From Candidatus Altiarchaeales archaeon (GTDB lineage: Archaea; Altiarchaeota; Altiarchaeia; IMC4; SCGC-AAA252-I15), in contig WJMO01000009.1 in the NCBI GenBank assembly GCA_014727915.1, forward strand, positions 64,001 through 128,000: 64,000 nucleotides of DNA. The letters run 5' to 3'. Positions 1-10,804 of this stretch are shown here, in pieces. The position numbers and the translations under genes are program-made. The notes under the pieces were generated by a model, which searched no databases, was not told the origin of the DNA, and was given only the letters and a program-made list of their open reading frames with translations. Numbering within the stretch: position 1 is the first letter of the stretch; each line of letters begins with the position of its first letter.

Positions 1-784
1 ATTTGAACTTCAGGTAGCATCGGCTGCAGGCGGTCACATGGTACTTCCCCTCCAAAGGCTTCAAGCCCACGTTCAGGGTGAACTTCCTACCATGATCCCG
101 GGATATGGCTTTCCTCATTTCCTCGAAGGTCAGCTCCTTCACCTCCACCCTGTTGAATTCCCTGCCGAGCCGGTGGGGCCATGGGCTGTGGCAGTCGCTG
201 TTGGTCATGTAGGTTAGGTCCTGCAGCTCTTCTATCCTGTCGGCTGCGTAGGTGTCCGCGGACAGCCCGAGTTCCAGGAACCGCACGCGCTTCAGGTTGT
301 CTCCGTAGCATTCCTTCAGAGAGTCGTATTCCTTGTAGACTGCCGTCCAGGGAGTGAACGCGTGTGAGGGGCCGATCAGCCCGTTAACGTCTTCCACATG
401 GTCTGCCAGCTCTTCCCCGTTCAACCTGACATTGGGCCTCCCGTCCGACCTCAGGTTTGGGCTGTGGGGCTTCAGGGCTTCCGCGAGAGAGTCAGCGGCA
501 GAAAGTGAGGGTAGTAATATGACGTGGTGGACGCGTTTCACGTCCTCGACTTCTGCCTGCACGATGAACCGGGTCTTGGAGTGCCTTGTGGTGTAGAGCC
601 CCTCCTCGTCTATCAGGTGCTCTCGCAGGTGCTTCCTCCACATTGGGTGCAGCGCGTCGCTCGTGGCGACCACGTCCAACCCCTTCAGCGGAGCCTGCTC
701 AGCTATCAGGGGGACTGTCATGTCCTTTGAGGTCCCGCCGGAGTACTTGCCGTGTATGTGGAAGTCTACGTTAGCCTCTAACAT
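1..784 (-). CDS. PHP-domain endonuclease Q / TIGR00375 family protein (3' end runs off window)
   Basis: Manual translation from ATG at 784: MLEANVDFHIHGKYSGGTSKDMTVPLIAEQAPLKGLDVVATSDALHPMW..., matching the DxHIHxKYSxxTS PHP signature; not in ORF track. Confidence 0.8.
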   Translation of the reverse strand, partial: MLEANVDFHIHGKYSGGTSKDMTVPLIAEQAPLKGLDVVATSDALHPMWRKHLREHLIDEEGLYTTRHSKTRFIVQAEVEDVKRVHHVILLPSLSAADSLAEALKPHSPNLRSDGRPNVRLNGEELADHVEDVNGLIGPSHAFTPWTAVYKEYDSLKECYGDNLKRVRFLELGLSADTYAADRIEELQDLTYMTNSDCHSPWPHRLGREFNRVEVKELTFEEMRKAISRDHGRKFTLNVGLKPLEGKYHVTACSRCYLKFK

Positions 785-814
785 GATAAGAAAGCATATG
801 GAATAGGGGTTTAA

Positions 815-1702
815 CTATGAGTGTGGCGAGTGGGGCCTGCTTTCAACGCCGTAGACCACTCCAATCTTCTTGACGCGCTTCTCTCCCATGTCGCTCTTGC
901 CTATCCCCCTCTTTCCGTCCATCATATCCACGATCAACCCTATAGTCTCATCCTCTACCTTCAGTTTTGAGGCTTCCTCCATGTCCTTCTCCTGGGCCAG
1001 CTCTGCTATGGCTTCCTCCCGTCTGGCCTGCAGACTGTCCCTCACCCTTCCCCGTTCGTCCCCCACTACGGGCCGGAAGCTGAACTGCTCGTTCTCTATG
1101 TGCCTTGCAGTAACTGAGACATTATTGGGTGCGCCCTCCTGTATCCTCACCTGGTATTGTGTGCCGTCCAATACTAACTCCAGGTTTCCGCTCTTACCCT
1201 CATAGTGGACTCCCTCTCCCATGGTGGTCGCTCTTGCGTTGTTGTTGTATCCTCTGTGCTCTGATGGCATTTCATCGTGTCTGAGCGTAAGGTACTCGTG
1301 CATTCTCGCCAGCGCCATTATATGCCCTCTCTTGCTGGTGTGGTTAGTGTCTTCCTCGTCAAGTATCCTCTTCTGGAGGTCGCTCAGGTCTGACATCCCG
1401 CTTCGTATTTCCTCCTTGGTTGGCTGGCGTTCACGCATCCTGCCGCCTTCGACGCTTAGGACGCAGCATTCGATGTCGTCTCCTGTTTTCCGGACTGTCA
1501 GGATGCCCCCTCCGGTCTTGCCTCCTCCGAGGCCTGTTTTGAAGGTGTATGACTCCACCAGCTCATCCGATCCCGGTATGGGGTCCTGGGTCCTTATGAT
1601 GTCCGTGGAGATGGGCATGGGCTCGACATTCTTCTCCCCGGGTTTGGGGGCGCTTTCCGGGCCTGCCGCTATAACCCCTCCTTTGACCGTCTTCTCAGGC
1701 AT
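815..1702 (-). CDS. hypothetical protein (orphan, charged)
   Basis: 295-aa ORF, host-like codon usage, no recognised domain. Confidence 0.65.
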   Translation of the reverse strand: MPEKTVKGGVIAAGPESAPKPGEKNVEPMPISTDIIRTQDPIPGSDELVESYTFKTGLGGGKTGGGILTVRKTGDDIECCVLSVEGGRMRERQPTKEEIRSGMSDLSDLQKRILDEEDTNHTSKRGHIMALARMHEYLTLRHDEMPSEHRGYNNNARATTMGEGVHYEGKSGNLELVLDGTQYQVRIQEGAPNNVSVTARHIENEQFSFRPVVGDERGRVRDSLQARREEAIAELAQEKDMEEASKLKVEDETIGLIVDMMDGKRGIGKSDMGEKRVKKIGVVYGVESRPHSPHS

Positions 1703-1771
1703 TTTGGTCTGCTTTTCTTATGTATAACCTTAAGAATCGCTTTTATTTATCTATGGTATCCTACTGGTTTC

Positions 1772-3535
1772 TCAGTTTTCCTCAACGGCTTCTACCATCA
1801 TCTGCCTCTGCCTTGGCTCCAGTTTGAAGAGGGTTGTGGTGTACTTTGACTGGTCCAGGTCCGCGTGGTGCCAGTCTTCGGTCTCCATGGAGAAGACGAT
1901 GGTCGACTTGTACCTGTTGAACAGTTCCAGCCCGTATAACCCCGACGGTGGTATCGGCGATCCTGTTTCGGCGTCGACGAGCATCCCGTTCTCCTTGTCG
2001 TAGACTATGTTCATGTAGGGTTTCATGTTCATCCTGTTGACTGGCACCATAAGCTCCGGGTCGAACTGTATGGCTCCCCGCTCGATAAGCCCCTGGAGGT
2101 TGATTGGCTCGTAGCTGAGCCCTGCGGTGGTTATGTAAACTGCGGTCCCGTTGGACATGTAGTCGTCGAGCATCTTCATATGCTTTGTCATCTCGTCCGT
2201 TTGGAAGGGGTTGGGGTGTCCCAGTCCCATTATGGGGTGGCCGTAGTATTCGTAGTGTCTGGTCTCGTCCATCCCTATCACAACATACCGGCCAGGAGCC
2301 ACTTCGGCTATCCTCTTGCTGAACTCGCAGGGGCCGCACTCCATCCTCCGGTAGTCGAGGACGGGTTTGAAGCCTATGAACATCCACGCAACCAACAGTA
2401 TCACCACAATGTTGGCGATGTTGCCCCAGTTCCTCTGCAGGTACTCGAGGCCCCAACCCATCATCATGACCGCTGGGGGGAAGGCGTGGAAGAAGAAGTA
2501 AGGGGAGGCTCCGCTGAAGTTCCCGAATATCATGAAATAGAGCGTCATCCATGCGACCAGCACCAGCCAGACCCCCCGTCTGCCCCTCCCGTAGTTGACG
2601 ACTATCGAGCCAATGAGAACCAGCCACCCGAGGTATGTGAGGGTCTTGGTGGCCCAGGGTATCGAATATCTCGTGAACGTTTCGGTGAAGAGTCCTACGC
2701 CCGCCTGTCCCTGGGCGGAGCCGGCGCTTCTTATGGCCTCAAAAAGGCTGAAACCCGGCTCGTGCATCATCTTGGGCACGTAGAAAAGCACGAACACGAC
2801 AAGCCCTGTCACCACTATGATCGACACGTCGCGTATGACGTCGAAGGGGTCTTCCATGAGGCTGAACTTCCAGCCTCCTCTCCTCTTCCTCTTCAGCTCG
2901 AATGGGGGGCTGTCATGGTAGTAGAAGAGGATGAGGGGCGCCAGGAAAAGTAGTTCCTGGTGGCGTACCGCGATGGCGAAGCCCCAGAGCGCGCCTGCCA
3001 GCACCTTCAGATGTGTGGTGTCCTCCTCCCTGGCTTTGATCAGCGCGTATGCGGTGGCCATCAGCGCCGCCGAACCCAGCACCAGGTCTTTGAGGTATGT
3101 GGAGAGGGAGAGGTGCAATGGTAGGAAGGCCAGTATTATCCCGGCGTATATGCCTGCTTCCCTGCTTTCCGTGAGCTTGACGGTCAGATAGTATATGAGG
3201 ACGCAGCCTAACGCGCCAAGCAGCGCGTTGGTGAACAGGAGCACGCCTTCGGCGCTGTCGCTCCCCGTGGCAGTATGCCATATGAGGTAGATTAGCGTGT
3301 TGAAGGCTGCGAAGCCCCCGTACCCGACGTCGCCTTGGAGGTAGTGGAGCCTGCCCTTTTCAACGGACCGTTCCGCCTCCTGGGCTGCGATGACCGAGTC
3401 CGTGTGCCACAGCCCCGGCTGCAGGTAGTAGAGCCTGAGGGAGAAGGCGATTATGAACAGTGCGACGATGGCCAACCTGGCTTGTTGCTCGTCCAGGACT
3501 CCGAACAGCTTCTTCGGCTTCTTCTTCCGCTTCAT
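1772..3535 (-). CDS. GT-C fold membrane glycosyltransferase (PMT/ArnT/GT39-like)
   Basis: Many TM helices; AFSLRLY..WHTDS early loop and PLHLSLSTYLKD..GFAIAVR typical of PMT_2. Confidence 0.75.
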   Translation of the reverse strand: MKRKKKPKKLFGVLDEQQARLAIVALFIIAFSLRLYYLQPGLWHTDSVIAAQEAERSVEKGRLHYLQGDVGYGGFAAFNTLIYLIWHTATGSDSAEGVLLFTNALLGALGCVLIYYLTVKLTESREAGIYAGIILAFLPLHLSLSTYLKDLVLGSAALMATAYALIKAREEDTTHLKVLAGALWGFAIAVRHQELLFLAPLILFYYHDSPPFELKRKRRGGWKFSLMEDPFDVIRDVSIIVVTGLVVFVLFYVPKMMHEPGFSLFEAIRSAGSAQGQAGVGLFTETFTRYSIPWATKTLTYLGWLVLIGSIVVNYGRGRRGVWLVLVAWMTLYFMIFGNFSGASPYFFFHAFPPAVMMMGWGLEYLQRNWGNIANIVVILLVAWMFIGFKPVLDYRRMECGPCEFSKRIAEVAPGRYVVIGMDETRHYEYYGHPIMGLGHPNPFQTDEMTKHMKMLDDYMSNGTAVYITTAGLSYEPINLQGLIERGAIQFDPELMVPVNRMNMKPYMNIVYDKENGMLVDAETGSPIPPSGLYGLELFNRYKSTIVFSMETEDWHHADLDQSKYTTTLFKLEPRQRQMMVEAVEEN

Positions 3536-3578
3536 CTTTCTGAACTTATGGAATCCGTTGGTTTTAAACGTTCAGGGG

Positions 3579-4982
3579 TCACGTTATGCCTGTCTTCCTT
3601 GCTATGAGGCTCCGGCCCATCACGTACATCTTCCTCAGTCCGAACATCCCATGGCGGTATGCCATCTTGAACGGGTAGGTGGGCCTCAGGTAGAACCTTT
3701 TTATTATGTTGTTCCACTCCCTGGTTATCTCGTCGCCTGTCATGCCGCTGTCGTATAGGAGCTTTTTAGCCATGAAGTCGTGGCGGTAGGCCATCCAGTC
3801 GTCGTCCACCAGCCCCTGCCGGTCGAGGAGGTCGTAGAGCCTGCTTCCCGGGTAGGGTGTTATCACTCCCAGGCTGAGCTGGTCGACGTCCAGGTCCAGG
3901 GCGAGCTCCAGCGACTTCCGCTCAGATTCGACCGTGGACCCGGGCAGTCCCATCACGAAGAAAAGCCCGATGTAGAAACCGTAGTCTTTAGCGAGCTTAA
4001 CAGCCTCCCGTATCTGTTCTATGGTCTCGCCCTTGTCTATCCTCTCTAGCACCTTGCCGTCTCCGGATTCCACGCCGAAGAATATGCAGTATACGCCGGC
4101 GTCCCTCATCTTCCGGAACAGTTCCGGAGTCACCCTGTCGGCCCGTATGCCGTTGGGGAAGGCGATTGAGACGTCCCAACCCCTCTCTTTTATGCCGTCG
4201 AATATCCTCCCGGCCCGGTCCATGTCCAGGGTGAACGTGTCGTCGACGATGTGTATCTCCCTGTACCTGTACTTTGATTCCACCAGCTCCTCCACTTCTG
4301 CCAGGACGTTATCCGGGCTACGATCCCTGAACTTGCTGCCGAACGTGGCTTTGCAGCAGAAGATGCACTGGTGTGGGCAGCCCCTGCTGGTTATGATCGA
4401 GGCCATGGGCTTCCGCTTCACCTCCACGGCTTTGGTGTCATATTTGCGAAGGTCGAATATGTCCCTCGCGGGGAAGGGTATGGCGTCCAGGTCTTCTATG
4501 AACGGCCTGTCTCCGTTGCGGACGATTTTTGTCTTTCCCCTGTAGACGACGCCTTTCACGCCCATCATGCTGTCGCCGTCGCTGAGCCGCTGGGCCAGCT
4601 CCTTGATGGTCTCCTCTCCCTCCCCCACCACCCCGTAGTCTATCCACCCGAACTGTTTCAGCGTGTCCTCCGGCAGGGCTGATATGTGGGCTCCGCCCAG
4701 TATTGTCTTAACTCCGGGGTGGGCCTCTTTTATCTTCTTTAGCAGTCCGATGTTGTCGCTGATGTCGAAGGTTCGAGAGGTCGCCAGCACGGCGTCCGCG
4801 CGGGAAATTCCCACCTCATCAACCACTCTGCTGTCCGGGTATCCGTTTACTCTGCCGTCTATGACCTCCACCTCATGTCCCTCCCCTCTGAGAACGCTGG
4901 CCAGGTACCCCACACCCAATGGGAGGTACTGGATTTCGCTCCTGCGTTCTATGGATTTTGGGAGGGCGAAGGCGAATTTCAT
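3579..4982 (-). CDS. B12-binding radical SAM protein
   Basis: PLGVGYLASVL, GGAHISALPE, SRGCPHQCIFC (CxxxCxxC), GVESG, PYPGS. Confidence 0.92.
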   Translation of the reverse strand: MKFAFALPKSIERRSEIQYLPLGVGYLASVLRGEGHEVEVIDGRVNGYPDSRVVDEVGISRADAVLATSRTFDISDNIGLLKKIKEAHPGVKTILGGAHISALPEDTLKQFGWIDYGVVGEGEETIKELAQRLSDGDSMMGVKGVVYRGKTKIVRNGDRPFIEDLDAIPFPARDIFDLRKYDTKAVEVKRKPMASIITSRGCPHQCIFCCKATFGSKFRDRSPDNVLAEVEELVESKYRYREIHIVDDTFTLDMDRAGRIFDGIKERGWDVSIAFPNGIRADRVTPELFRKMRDAGVYCIFFGVESGDGKVLERIDKGETIEQIREAVKLAKDYGFYIGLFFVMGLPGSTVESERKSLELALDLDVDQLSLGVITPYPGSRLYDLLDRQGLVDDDWMAYRHDFMAKKLLYDSGMTGDEITREWNNIIKRFYLRPTYPFKMAYRHGMFGLRKMYVMGRSLIARKTGIT

Positions 4983-5039
4983 CTTAGCCTATATTTATTG
5001 GCTCACCGGTTAAATAGAGCTAAACTTATAATAGACCAC

Positions 5040-6230
5040 ATGAGGGTCTTGTTCTTGAGCAACGAGCAGTTCCTCCCCCTCTCGGGAGGTGGGAGTGTGG
5101 GCAACTACCATCTGGTGAGGAAGCTGGTGGAACGCGGCCATGAGGTCACCGTGGCCACGCCGATCTACCTGGGTTCGGAGGAGGTTCGCCGTGTGGAGAT
5201 GGAGAACAACATAGTGCTGAAGCCGTTCTCCCCCTTCTACCTGCACAGGAACATATCCTTACGGGGGCCCAAGTACGTCCTCTACGGTTTCCTCTATACC
5301 TTCCACCTTCTGCGGCTTCTGCTGTCCGGGAGATACGATGTGGTGTTCGTCAGGAACTGTCTCCTGGCCTTCCCGGCTCTGCTCTTGAGGCCTTTGGCGA
5401 AGTGCTTCTACGCGCTGAGCATGACCGACTTCCTGACAGGGTTCCTCCACAACAACAAGAGCTACCCTGCGAAGGCGGTTGAGCTGTTGTTCAAGATGGA
5501 GCGGTCGACTGCAAGGCACTTTGACATAGTCTATGTGATAACCCCGGAGATGAAGCGGATGCTCGCCGCCGCCGGATGCCATGCCAGCAAAGTCCATGTG
5601 TCCCATGATGGCGTGGACACGGCCCTCTTCGACCCTTCCAAGGTGGATGAGAAGGAGGTCAACGACATACGGTGGAAGGTGGGCTTGGAGAAGAGGATCG
5701 TCCTATTCCACGGGACCGTCGACGGCCATGCGAAGGAAAAGCTGGCCGAGATAATCAGGGGCGTGACCTCCCGCAGCGAGGACATGGTGTTCATCCTGTT
5801 GGGCCAGGGCAAGAAGTACGAGGAGCTCAGGTCGGAGCTGGAATCCGACCGGGTCATGTTCCCAGGGTATGTGCCCCATGAGGAGATTCCCAAGTATGCT
5901 CTCGCCGCCGACATAGGGATAATACCCTACGAGCACACGTTCAACAGCAACATCATCATAACCTTGAAGCTGTTGGAGTATCTGGCGATGGGGCTGCCGG
6001 TGGTGTCGACCAACCTGAAGAGCATCGACGAACTGTTCGGAGCCTACGAGTTCGTCCGGCTCTCCCCCACCACCGAGGACTTCATCGAGAAGGTGTTGTC
6101 CGCAGGGTTCCAGGAGAAGTCCGGGGAGGCGGTGAACTACATCAAGGAATTGTACAGCTGGGACAAGGTGACTTCCCGGATGGTAGACGCGTTGGAAGAG
6201 AAATACGGCAAGGAAGTGGATGTTGTGTAG
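5040..6230 (+). CDS. glycosyltransferase family 4
   Basis: Start moved to MRVLFLS; RGHEVTV, DGVD, GYVPHEE, KLLEYLAMGLPVVST. Confidence 0.9.
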   Translation: MRVLFLSNEQFLPLSGGGSVGNYHLVRKLVERGHEVTVATPIYLGSEEVRRVEMENNIVLKPFSPFYLHRNISLRGPKYVLYGFLYTFHLLRLLLSGRYDVVFVRNCLLAFPALLLRPLAKCFYALSMTDFLTGFLHNNKSYPAKAVELLFKMERSTARHFDIVYVITPEMKRMLAAAGCHASKVHVSHDGVDTALFDPSKVDEKEVNDIRWKVGLEKRIVLFHGTVDGHAKEKLAEIIRGVTSRSEDMVFILLGQGKKYEELRSELESDRVMFPGYVPHEEIPKYALAADIGIIPYEHTFNSNIIITLKLLEYLAMGLPVVSTNLKSIDELFGAYEFVRLSPTTEDFIEKVLSAGFQEKSGEAVNYIKELYSWDKVTSRMVDALEEKYGKEVDVV

Positions 6231-7244
6231 TCAGTGTCTGGTCCTGCATGCGAACTCCTTTATCACATCCAGGGGGTGGTCTATGAGGAGTGAGGGTTCG
6301 CCGTAGCATGCTATGAAGCAGGTCCGGTCGCATCTGAACTCGTCCCTTTGGAATCCTTCTATGAGCTCCTCGTAGCTGTCGTGCTCCAGGAGGTTCCCGG
6401 ACTTCTCTTTGAGCACCTCGCAGGGGTGGAAGACGTCTCCGTTGCTGAATATCCTGGGTATGATGAAGGGCCTGCACTTGAAGGGCTTGAAGTCCCTTAC
6501 TGTCTCAAGGAAACGGAGGCTCGTGTTTATGGGGTACCCCTCCCTTTTCATCTCTATTATCCGGTCCATTATCCTCTTGTACTCCTCGTTGTCCTTCAGG
6601 TATTCCGGTGCTGCTCCCCTCTCCACAACAGGTCCTATGCTGAGCCCGCAGTTGTTCTCGAACACGAAGCCCGCCACCTCCGACACGTTGTCCATGTTAT
6701 GCTCTCCTATGACGCAGTTGACGTTTATGGTGAAACCCCTCTCATCCTGGAGCTTCGAGTACTTCACGATGTTGTCCATTATCTTCTTCGCCGAGCCTTT
6801 GACGTTCGTGAGCTCGTCGTATCTGTCGTCCACCCTGTCCAGGCTGGTTGACACGATGTCCACATACTCCAATACTTCCTCCTTGCTGTCGAGGAGGCTG
6901 AGGTTGGTGAAGAGTATGATGGGCTTGAACTTGAGCCTCTTTGCCTCCTTCAGTATCTCTATGATGTCCGGCCTCAGCAGCGGCTCCCCACCAGTCAACG
7001 TTATCCCCGGGGTTACCCTCCTTATCTTCCCTAGTATCTCCTTGGTCTCCCCGGTGTTCAGGCCCTTGTCGTTGTTGTCTCGGAAGGCGCAGTAGCCGCA
7101 TCGGAAGTTGCAGTTCCGTGTTATGTAGAAGCCGGAGAGCATGGGCTTGAGGTTCCTCTCGTCCCCCAGCACCTTTATCCTGAACAGGTTCTCCAGATAG
7201 GCTGCCACGGCCTTTAGGGGTATGTCCCTGAAACCGTATCTCAT
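6231..7244 (-). CDS. radical SAM protein with C-terminal Cys-rich (SPASM/twitch-like) region
   Basis: TRNCNFRCGYC, TGGEPLLR, NGDVFHPC..CDRTCFIAC. Confidence 0.88.
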   Translation of the reverse strand: MRYGFRDIPLKAVAAYLENLFRIKVLGDERNLKPMLSGFYITRNCNFRCGYCAFRDNNDKGLNTGETKEILGKIRRVTPGITLTGGEPLLRPDIIEILKEAKRLKFKPIILFTNLSLLDSKEEVLEYVDIVSTSLDRVDDRYDELTNVKGSAKKIMDNIVKYSKLQDERGFTINVNCVIGEHNMDNVSEVAGFVFENNCGLSIGPVVERGAAPEYLKDNEEYKRIMDRIIEMKREGYPINTSLRFLETVRDFKPFKCRPFIIPRIFSNGDVFHPCEVLKEKSGNLLEHDSYEELIEGFQRDEFRCDRTCFIACYGEPSLLIDHPLDVIKEFACRTRH

Positions 7245-7293
7245 CCCTACCTATATTGTCGACAGGATTAAATACCCTCCCCTCCATTATCCT

Positions 7294-7938
7294 ATGATGG
7301 AGTTCAGGACGTCCCTTGCCGTGTCGGCTGCGCTTGTGGTGTTGTCTTTGGCGTCCTCGGGATTCCTATACGGGCAGCTGCCTCATACCATGGCGTCCCA
7401 CTGGAACGCGTCCGGGGAGGTGGACGGCCGCATGGGCCGGGGGGTGGCGGCGTTCATGCTCCCCGCCATACTGGCGGTCCTGCTGGTGTTCTTCGCGGTC
7501 ATACCCCGCATCGACCCGTTGAAGAGGAACATCGAGGAGTTCAAAGGCTACTATGGCGGGTTCATAGTTGTCTTCACGTTGTTCATGATGTTCGTCCACT
7601 TTCACATGCTGCTGTGGAACGTCGGGGTCCGGTTGAGTACGAACGTTGTGGTGCCCGCTGGCGTCGGTCTTCTGTTCATCTACATAGGCTACCTGCTGCC
7701 TCACACGAGGAGGAACTGGTTCATAGGGGTGCGCACGCCCTGGACCCTATCCGATGACCGGGTCTGGGAGAAGACGCACAGGGTCGGGGGAAAGCTCTTC
7801 ACAGCATCCGGGTTAGTTGCCTTGGCGGGCGCCCTGGTGTCGGACCAGGCGGTGGCCTTCATCATAGTCCCGGTCCTGGCCTCAGCCGCATACCTCATAC
7901 TATACAGTTACCTGGAATACAGGAAACTTGGGAAGTAG
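7294..7938 (+). CDS. SdpI/DUF1648 family immunity membrane protein
   Basis: LPHTMASHWNASGEVDG and RNWFIGVRTPWTLSDDRVWEKTHR signatures. Confidence 0.9.
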   Translation: MMEFRTSLAVSAALVVLSLASSGFLYGQLPHTMASHWNASGEVDGRMGRGVAAFMLPAILAVLLVFFAVIPRIDPLKRNIEEFKGYYGGFIVVFTLFMMFVHFHMLLWNVGVRLSTNVVVPAGVGLLFIYIGYLLPHTRRNWFIGVRTPWTLSDDRVWEKTHRVGGKLFTASGLVALAGALVSDQAVAFIIVPVLASAAYLILYSYLEYRKLGK

Positions 7939-7944
7939 ATCGGG

Positions 7945-8607
7945 TCACAGTCTCCTGTAGTAGAGGTGCATGTTCCTAGTCTTTCCCTCTTCATAGGAGC
8001 ATCCAACCGGTTTTTCTACTCTAATGTAACCGTGTTTTCGCAGTAGTTCCGTGCTTGGTGTGTTGTCCTCGTAGGCTCTGGCTATCATCACAGTGGCTCC
8101 CCTGGCTCTCGCGTGCTCTTCCGCCTCTTCCAACAGTGCGGTGCCTATGCCCTGCCTGAGAAGATTGACCTCGCCCTCCTGTCTACTGTAGGGGTATGCT
8201 ATCCTGTAGTTGACTTCCGCGACTTCCCCCTCCGCTGGTATGTCCACCATCTCGCTCCGGAGTGATTGTCTTGTTCTCCTCATCACTGTGGCTTCTCCGA
8301 GTATGGGCCTGTGAACGTCCGATCCCATTCCGTGTATCTCATCCTCGAAGAGCACGTTCTGCTGTTCTCTGTCATCCTTTGTCACTTCAACTCTGAGCTC
8401 CCTCCAGTCATCTTCCCTCCTGCTCACCGGCAGAAGATATAACCTGGCGAAGGACCCGCCCCCCAGGTCTCCATGGTATTTGAACCCGACCAGCTGCCCG
8501 TGGAGTGTGAACACCTTCGGGAACTCCCCCGAACCAGTGTTGGGGATGGCCTTCAACCTCTGGTCTTCGATGCCCTCCCCCTCTTTGACAACCTCTCTAG
8601 CTACCAT
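7945..8607 (-). CDS. GNAT-family acetyltransferase with N-terminal extension
   Basis: RQGIGTALL acetyl-CoA motif, NTPSTELLRKHGY. Confidence 0.75.
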   Translation of the reverse strand: MVAREVVKEGEGIEDQRLKAIPNTGSGEFPKVFTLHGQLVGFKYHGDLGGGSFARLYLLPVSRREDDWRELRVEVTKDDREQQNVLFEDEIHGMGSDVHRPILGEATVMRRTRQSLRSEMVDIPAEGEVAEVNYRIAYPYSRQEGEVNLLRQGIGTALLEEAEEHARARGATVMIARAYEDNTPSTELLRKHGYIRVEKPVGCSYEEGKTRNMHLYYRRL

Positions 8608-8610
8608 CTT

Positions 8611-9777
8611 CTATCCTAGCCTGTATTTTTTCCCCTTTTTCTTCTTGGGCTTGCATCTTCTCCCTTTTATCTTGTACAGGGTTTCCGTGGGTGTGATCTT
8701 CAGGCTTATCGATGAGATTATGGACGAGATTAGTATGGTGCTGAGGGCTGCGGTGTAGAGCACCTCGTCTATTATGCCCTGGCGGAATCCGAGCAGGACT
8801 ACGATTATGCCGAATGTGAGCCTGTAGTTGAAGAAGAGGGCGGATAGTCTGCTTCCCCTGCCTAACACCCTCTTCACCGAGACCCTGGTGCTTATGTACT
8901 TGGATCCGAACGCTACTATCGTCAGGATGCCGGTGACTTTCAGGGTTTCGAGGTTGAAGTGGGTGAGGTCCATGAGATACCCGCTCTGGAAGAAGAATAT
9001 GGGGCCCATGAAACCGTATACTATGCCCCTGAGCTTGTTCTCGAGTTCCTCGTGGTTTTCGAGGAGGGATGACATGGATATTCCAATGAGGTATGCGAGC
9101 ACGGCTGAGTGGATGCCCACGGACTCGGATAGGAAGCTCAACCCGACCAGGGTGAGCATTATGAACCGCAGCTCCACTTCGACCATGTTCTCGCAGTATC
9201 TCTTGAAGAACCACTGCCCCACATGGGGTAGGATGTATAGGGCGCCCACGATGAACACTATGAAGAGGAGGGTTCCGATGCTCAGTCCCGTGAAGAAGAA
9301 CGAAAGGGAGAACATGCTCATGAGGTCGACGAACATGGCGGATGCGAAGAGTATCTGGCCTATCTCCATCTTCAACAGTCCCTCCTCCCTTAGGTAGGGG
9401 AATACGAGGGCTAGGGAGGTGGTTGACATCCCTATGGACATGAGTATCGCTGCCGTTTGGTCGAGGCCGAGGACCGTGGTTGTGACGGCGTATGTTAGGA
9501 TGAAGGGCACGGCAAAGGATGGTAAGGCGATCTTGAGGCTTTTCTTGTAGTACTTCTGGAGTACGCGGACTTCTGTCTCGAAGCCTGCGAAGAACATCAC
9601 CCCTAGCAGGCCGAAGTTGGCCAGGAAGTCTATCCAGAACACCTCCTTGAGCCCGAAGTAGTTGGAGGCGATAACCCCCGATACTATCTCCAGTATGGCG
9701 GTAGAGAAACCAGCTTCCACCGACACGATGCCGGCTAACAGTATCAATGTGACGATGGATACTCCGGATTGGTCCAT
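8611..9777 (-). CDS. cation:proton antiporter (CPA2/Kef-like)
   Basis: Many TM helices; GLLGVMFFAGFE, STTSLA, AMFVD, PIFF. Confidence 0.88.
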   Translation of the reverse strand: MDQSGVSIVTLILLAGIVSVEAGFSTAILEIVSGVIASNYFGLKEVFWIDFLANFGLLGVMFFAGFETEVRVLQKYYKKSLKIALPSFAVPFILTYAVTTTVLGLDQTAAILMSIGMSTTSLALVFPYLREEGLLKMEIGQILFASAMFVDLMSMFSLSFFFTGLSIGTLLFIVFIVGALYILPHVGQWFFKRYCENMVEVELRFIMLTLVGLSFLSESVGIHSAVLAYLIGISMSSLLENHEELENKLRGIVYGFMGPIFFFQSGYLMDLTHFNLETLKVTGILTIVAFGSKYISTRVSVKRVLGRGSRLSALFFNYRLTFGIIVVLLGFRQGIIDEVLYTAALSTILISSIISSISLKITPTETLYKIKGRRCKPKKKKGKKYRLG

Positions 9778-9812
9778 TATAGGATTATTGGAGGACTAGT
9801 ATATCTACCTTG

Positions 9813-10007
9813 TCATTCCTCGAAAATGAAAAGCTCCTCTATGCTGGCGTCCAATGCCCTGCTGATGTCGTAGGCGAGCCTCAGGCTGGGGTTGTATCTG
9901 CCCTTCTCCAGGAAGACTATGGTCTCCCTTCGGACGCCGACTTTCTTGGCCAGGTCCTCCTGTGTCAGGCTGTGCCTGGCCCTGTATTCTTTGATCCTCG
10001 TCTTCAA
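9813..10007 (-). CDS. XRE-family HTH transcriptional regulator (COG1476-like)
   Basis: [32 protein letters not shown]. Confidence 0.92.
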   Translation of the reverse strand: MKTRIKEYRARHSLTQEDLAKKVGVRRETIVFLEKGRYNPSLRLAYDISRALDASIEELFIFEE

Positions 10008-10384
10008 CTGACATCACCTTTCCATGCCAGGACCCACCTGAACGCGAGCATGGAGAATGACATGAACATCACTATCGTCCCGTATATGATCTCCGGCTGC
10101 AGTTTCAGAATGTCGAGGTAGTCTAGCCAGTATAGTATGGAAGTTGCCATTAACGTGGCGAACCAGCTGTATGTGGCAGCCCAGGCTCCCAGCTTCCTAG
10201 TGCGCTCATCGCATTTCAATGCTTCTTCCCCGTGCCTCCTTAACCTGACGCCCCTTAGTATGAGTATGAGGCCGCAGGTCATGACGGTCGCGTTCACTGA
10301 CGGGTGAACGTCCCCTGCTGCGAGACCGAATCCGCTGAACAGGAACAGCACCCCCAATCCCATGTATGTTGTCGGCTTCATCAT
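10004..10384 (-). CDS. DUF2178-like membrane protein
   Basis: 4 TM; [16 protein letters not shown]. Confidence 0.75.
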   Translation of the reverse strand: MMKPTTYMGLGVLFLFSGFGLAAGDVHPSVNATVMTCGLILILRGVRLRRHGEEALKCDERTRKLGAWAATYSWFATLMATSILYWLDYLDILKLQPEIIYGTIVMFMSFSMLAFRWVLAWKGDVS

Positions 10385-10390
10385 CCTTTG

Positions 10391-10804
10391 TCACTCCATT
10401 GGTTTTTTCAACGTGAAATATAACAATACCCATGCTAGTCCTGAGACCAGGACTACTGTGCCTAGGGATTCCACCGCCGTCAATGGTGTGAGCCCCAGCT
10501 TGTCCGATATTAGGGTGTTGTACCATACGAGGGCGACGCACACCCATATTGTCGTGTAGTAGCTCCACGCCCCCACCTTGTTGGCGTGCTTTCTGCTGAG
10601 CTCGTCCTCCACTGGCATCCCAGCATTGACTTCTCGCATGTTCTTGGCTACGATGTACGTGACTGCCGCTGTTATGATGGCTGTCAGGGCTATCATCATA
10701 TGGTCGATTTGGCTCCCGCTGCCTCCCATGTAGAACATGATCACTACCAGGAGGGCGAGTCCCGCCACCGCGAATCCCATGTATGCTTTGGCTTTGTCGT
10801 TCAT
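10391..10804 (-). CDS. DUF2178-like membrane protein
   Basis: Start moved to MNDKAKAY (ATGA overlap with upstream gene); EDELSRKHANKVGAWSY. Confidence 0.72.
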   Translation of the reverse strand: MNDKAKAYMGFAVAGLALLVVIMFYMGGSGSQIDHMMIALTAIITAAVTYIVAKNMREVNAGMPVEDELSRKHANKVGAWSYYTTIWVCVALVWYNTLISDKLGLTPLTAVESLGTVVLVSGLAWVLLYFTLKKPME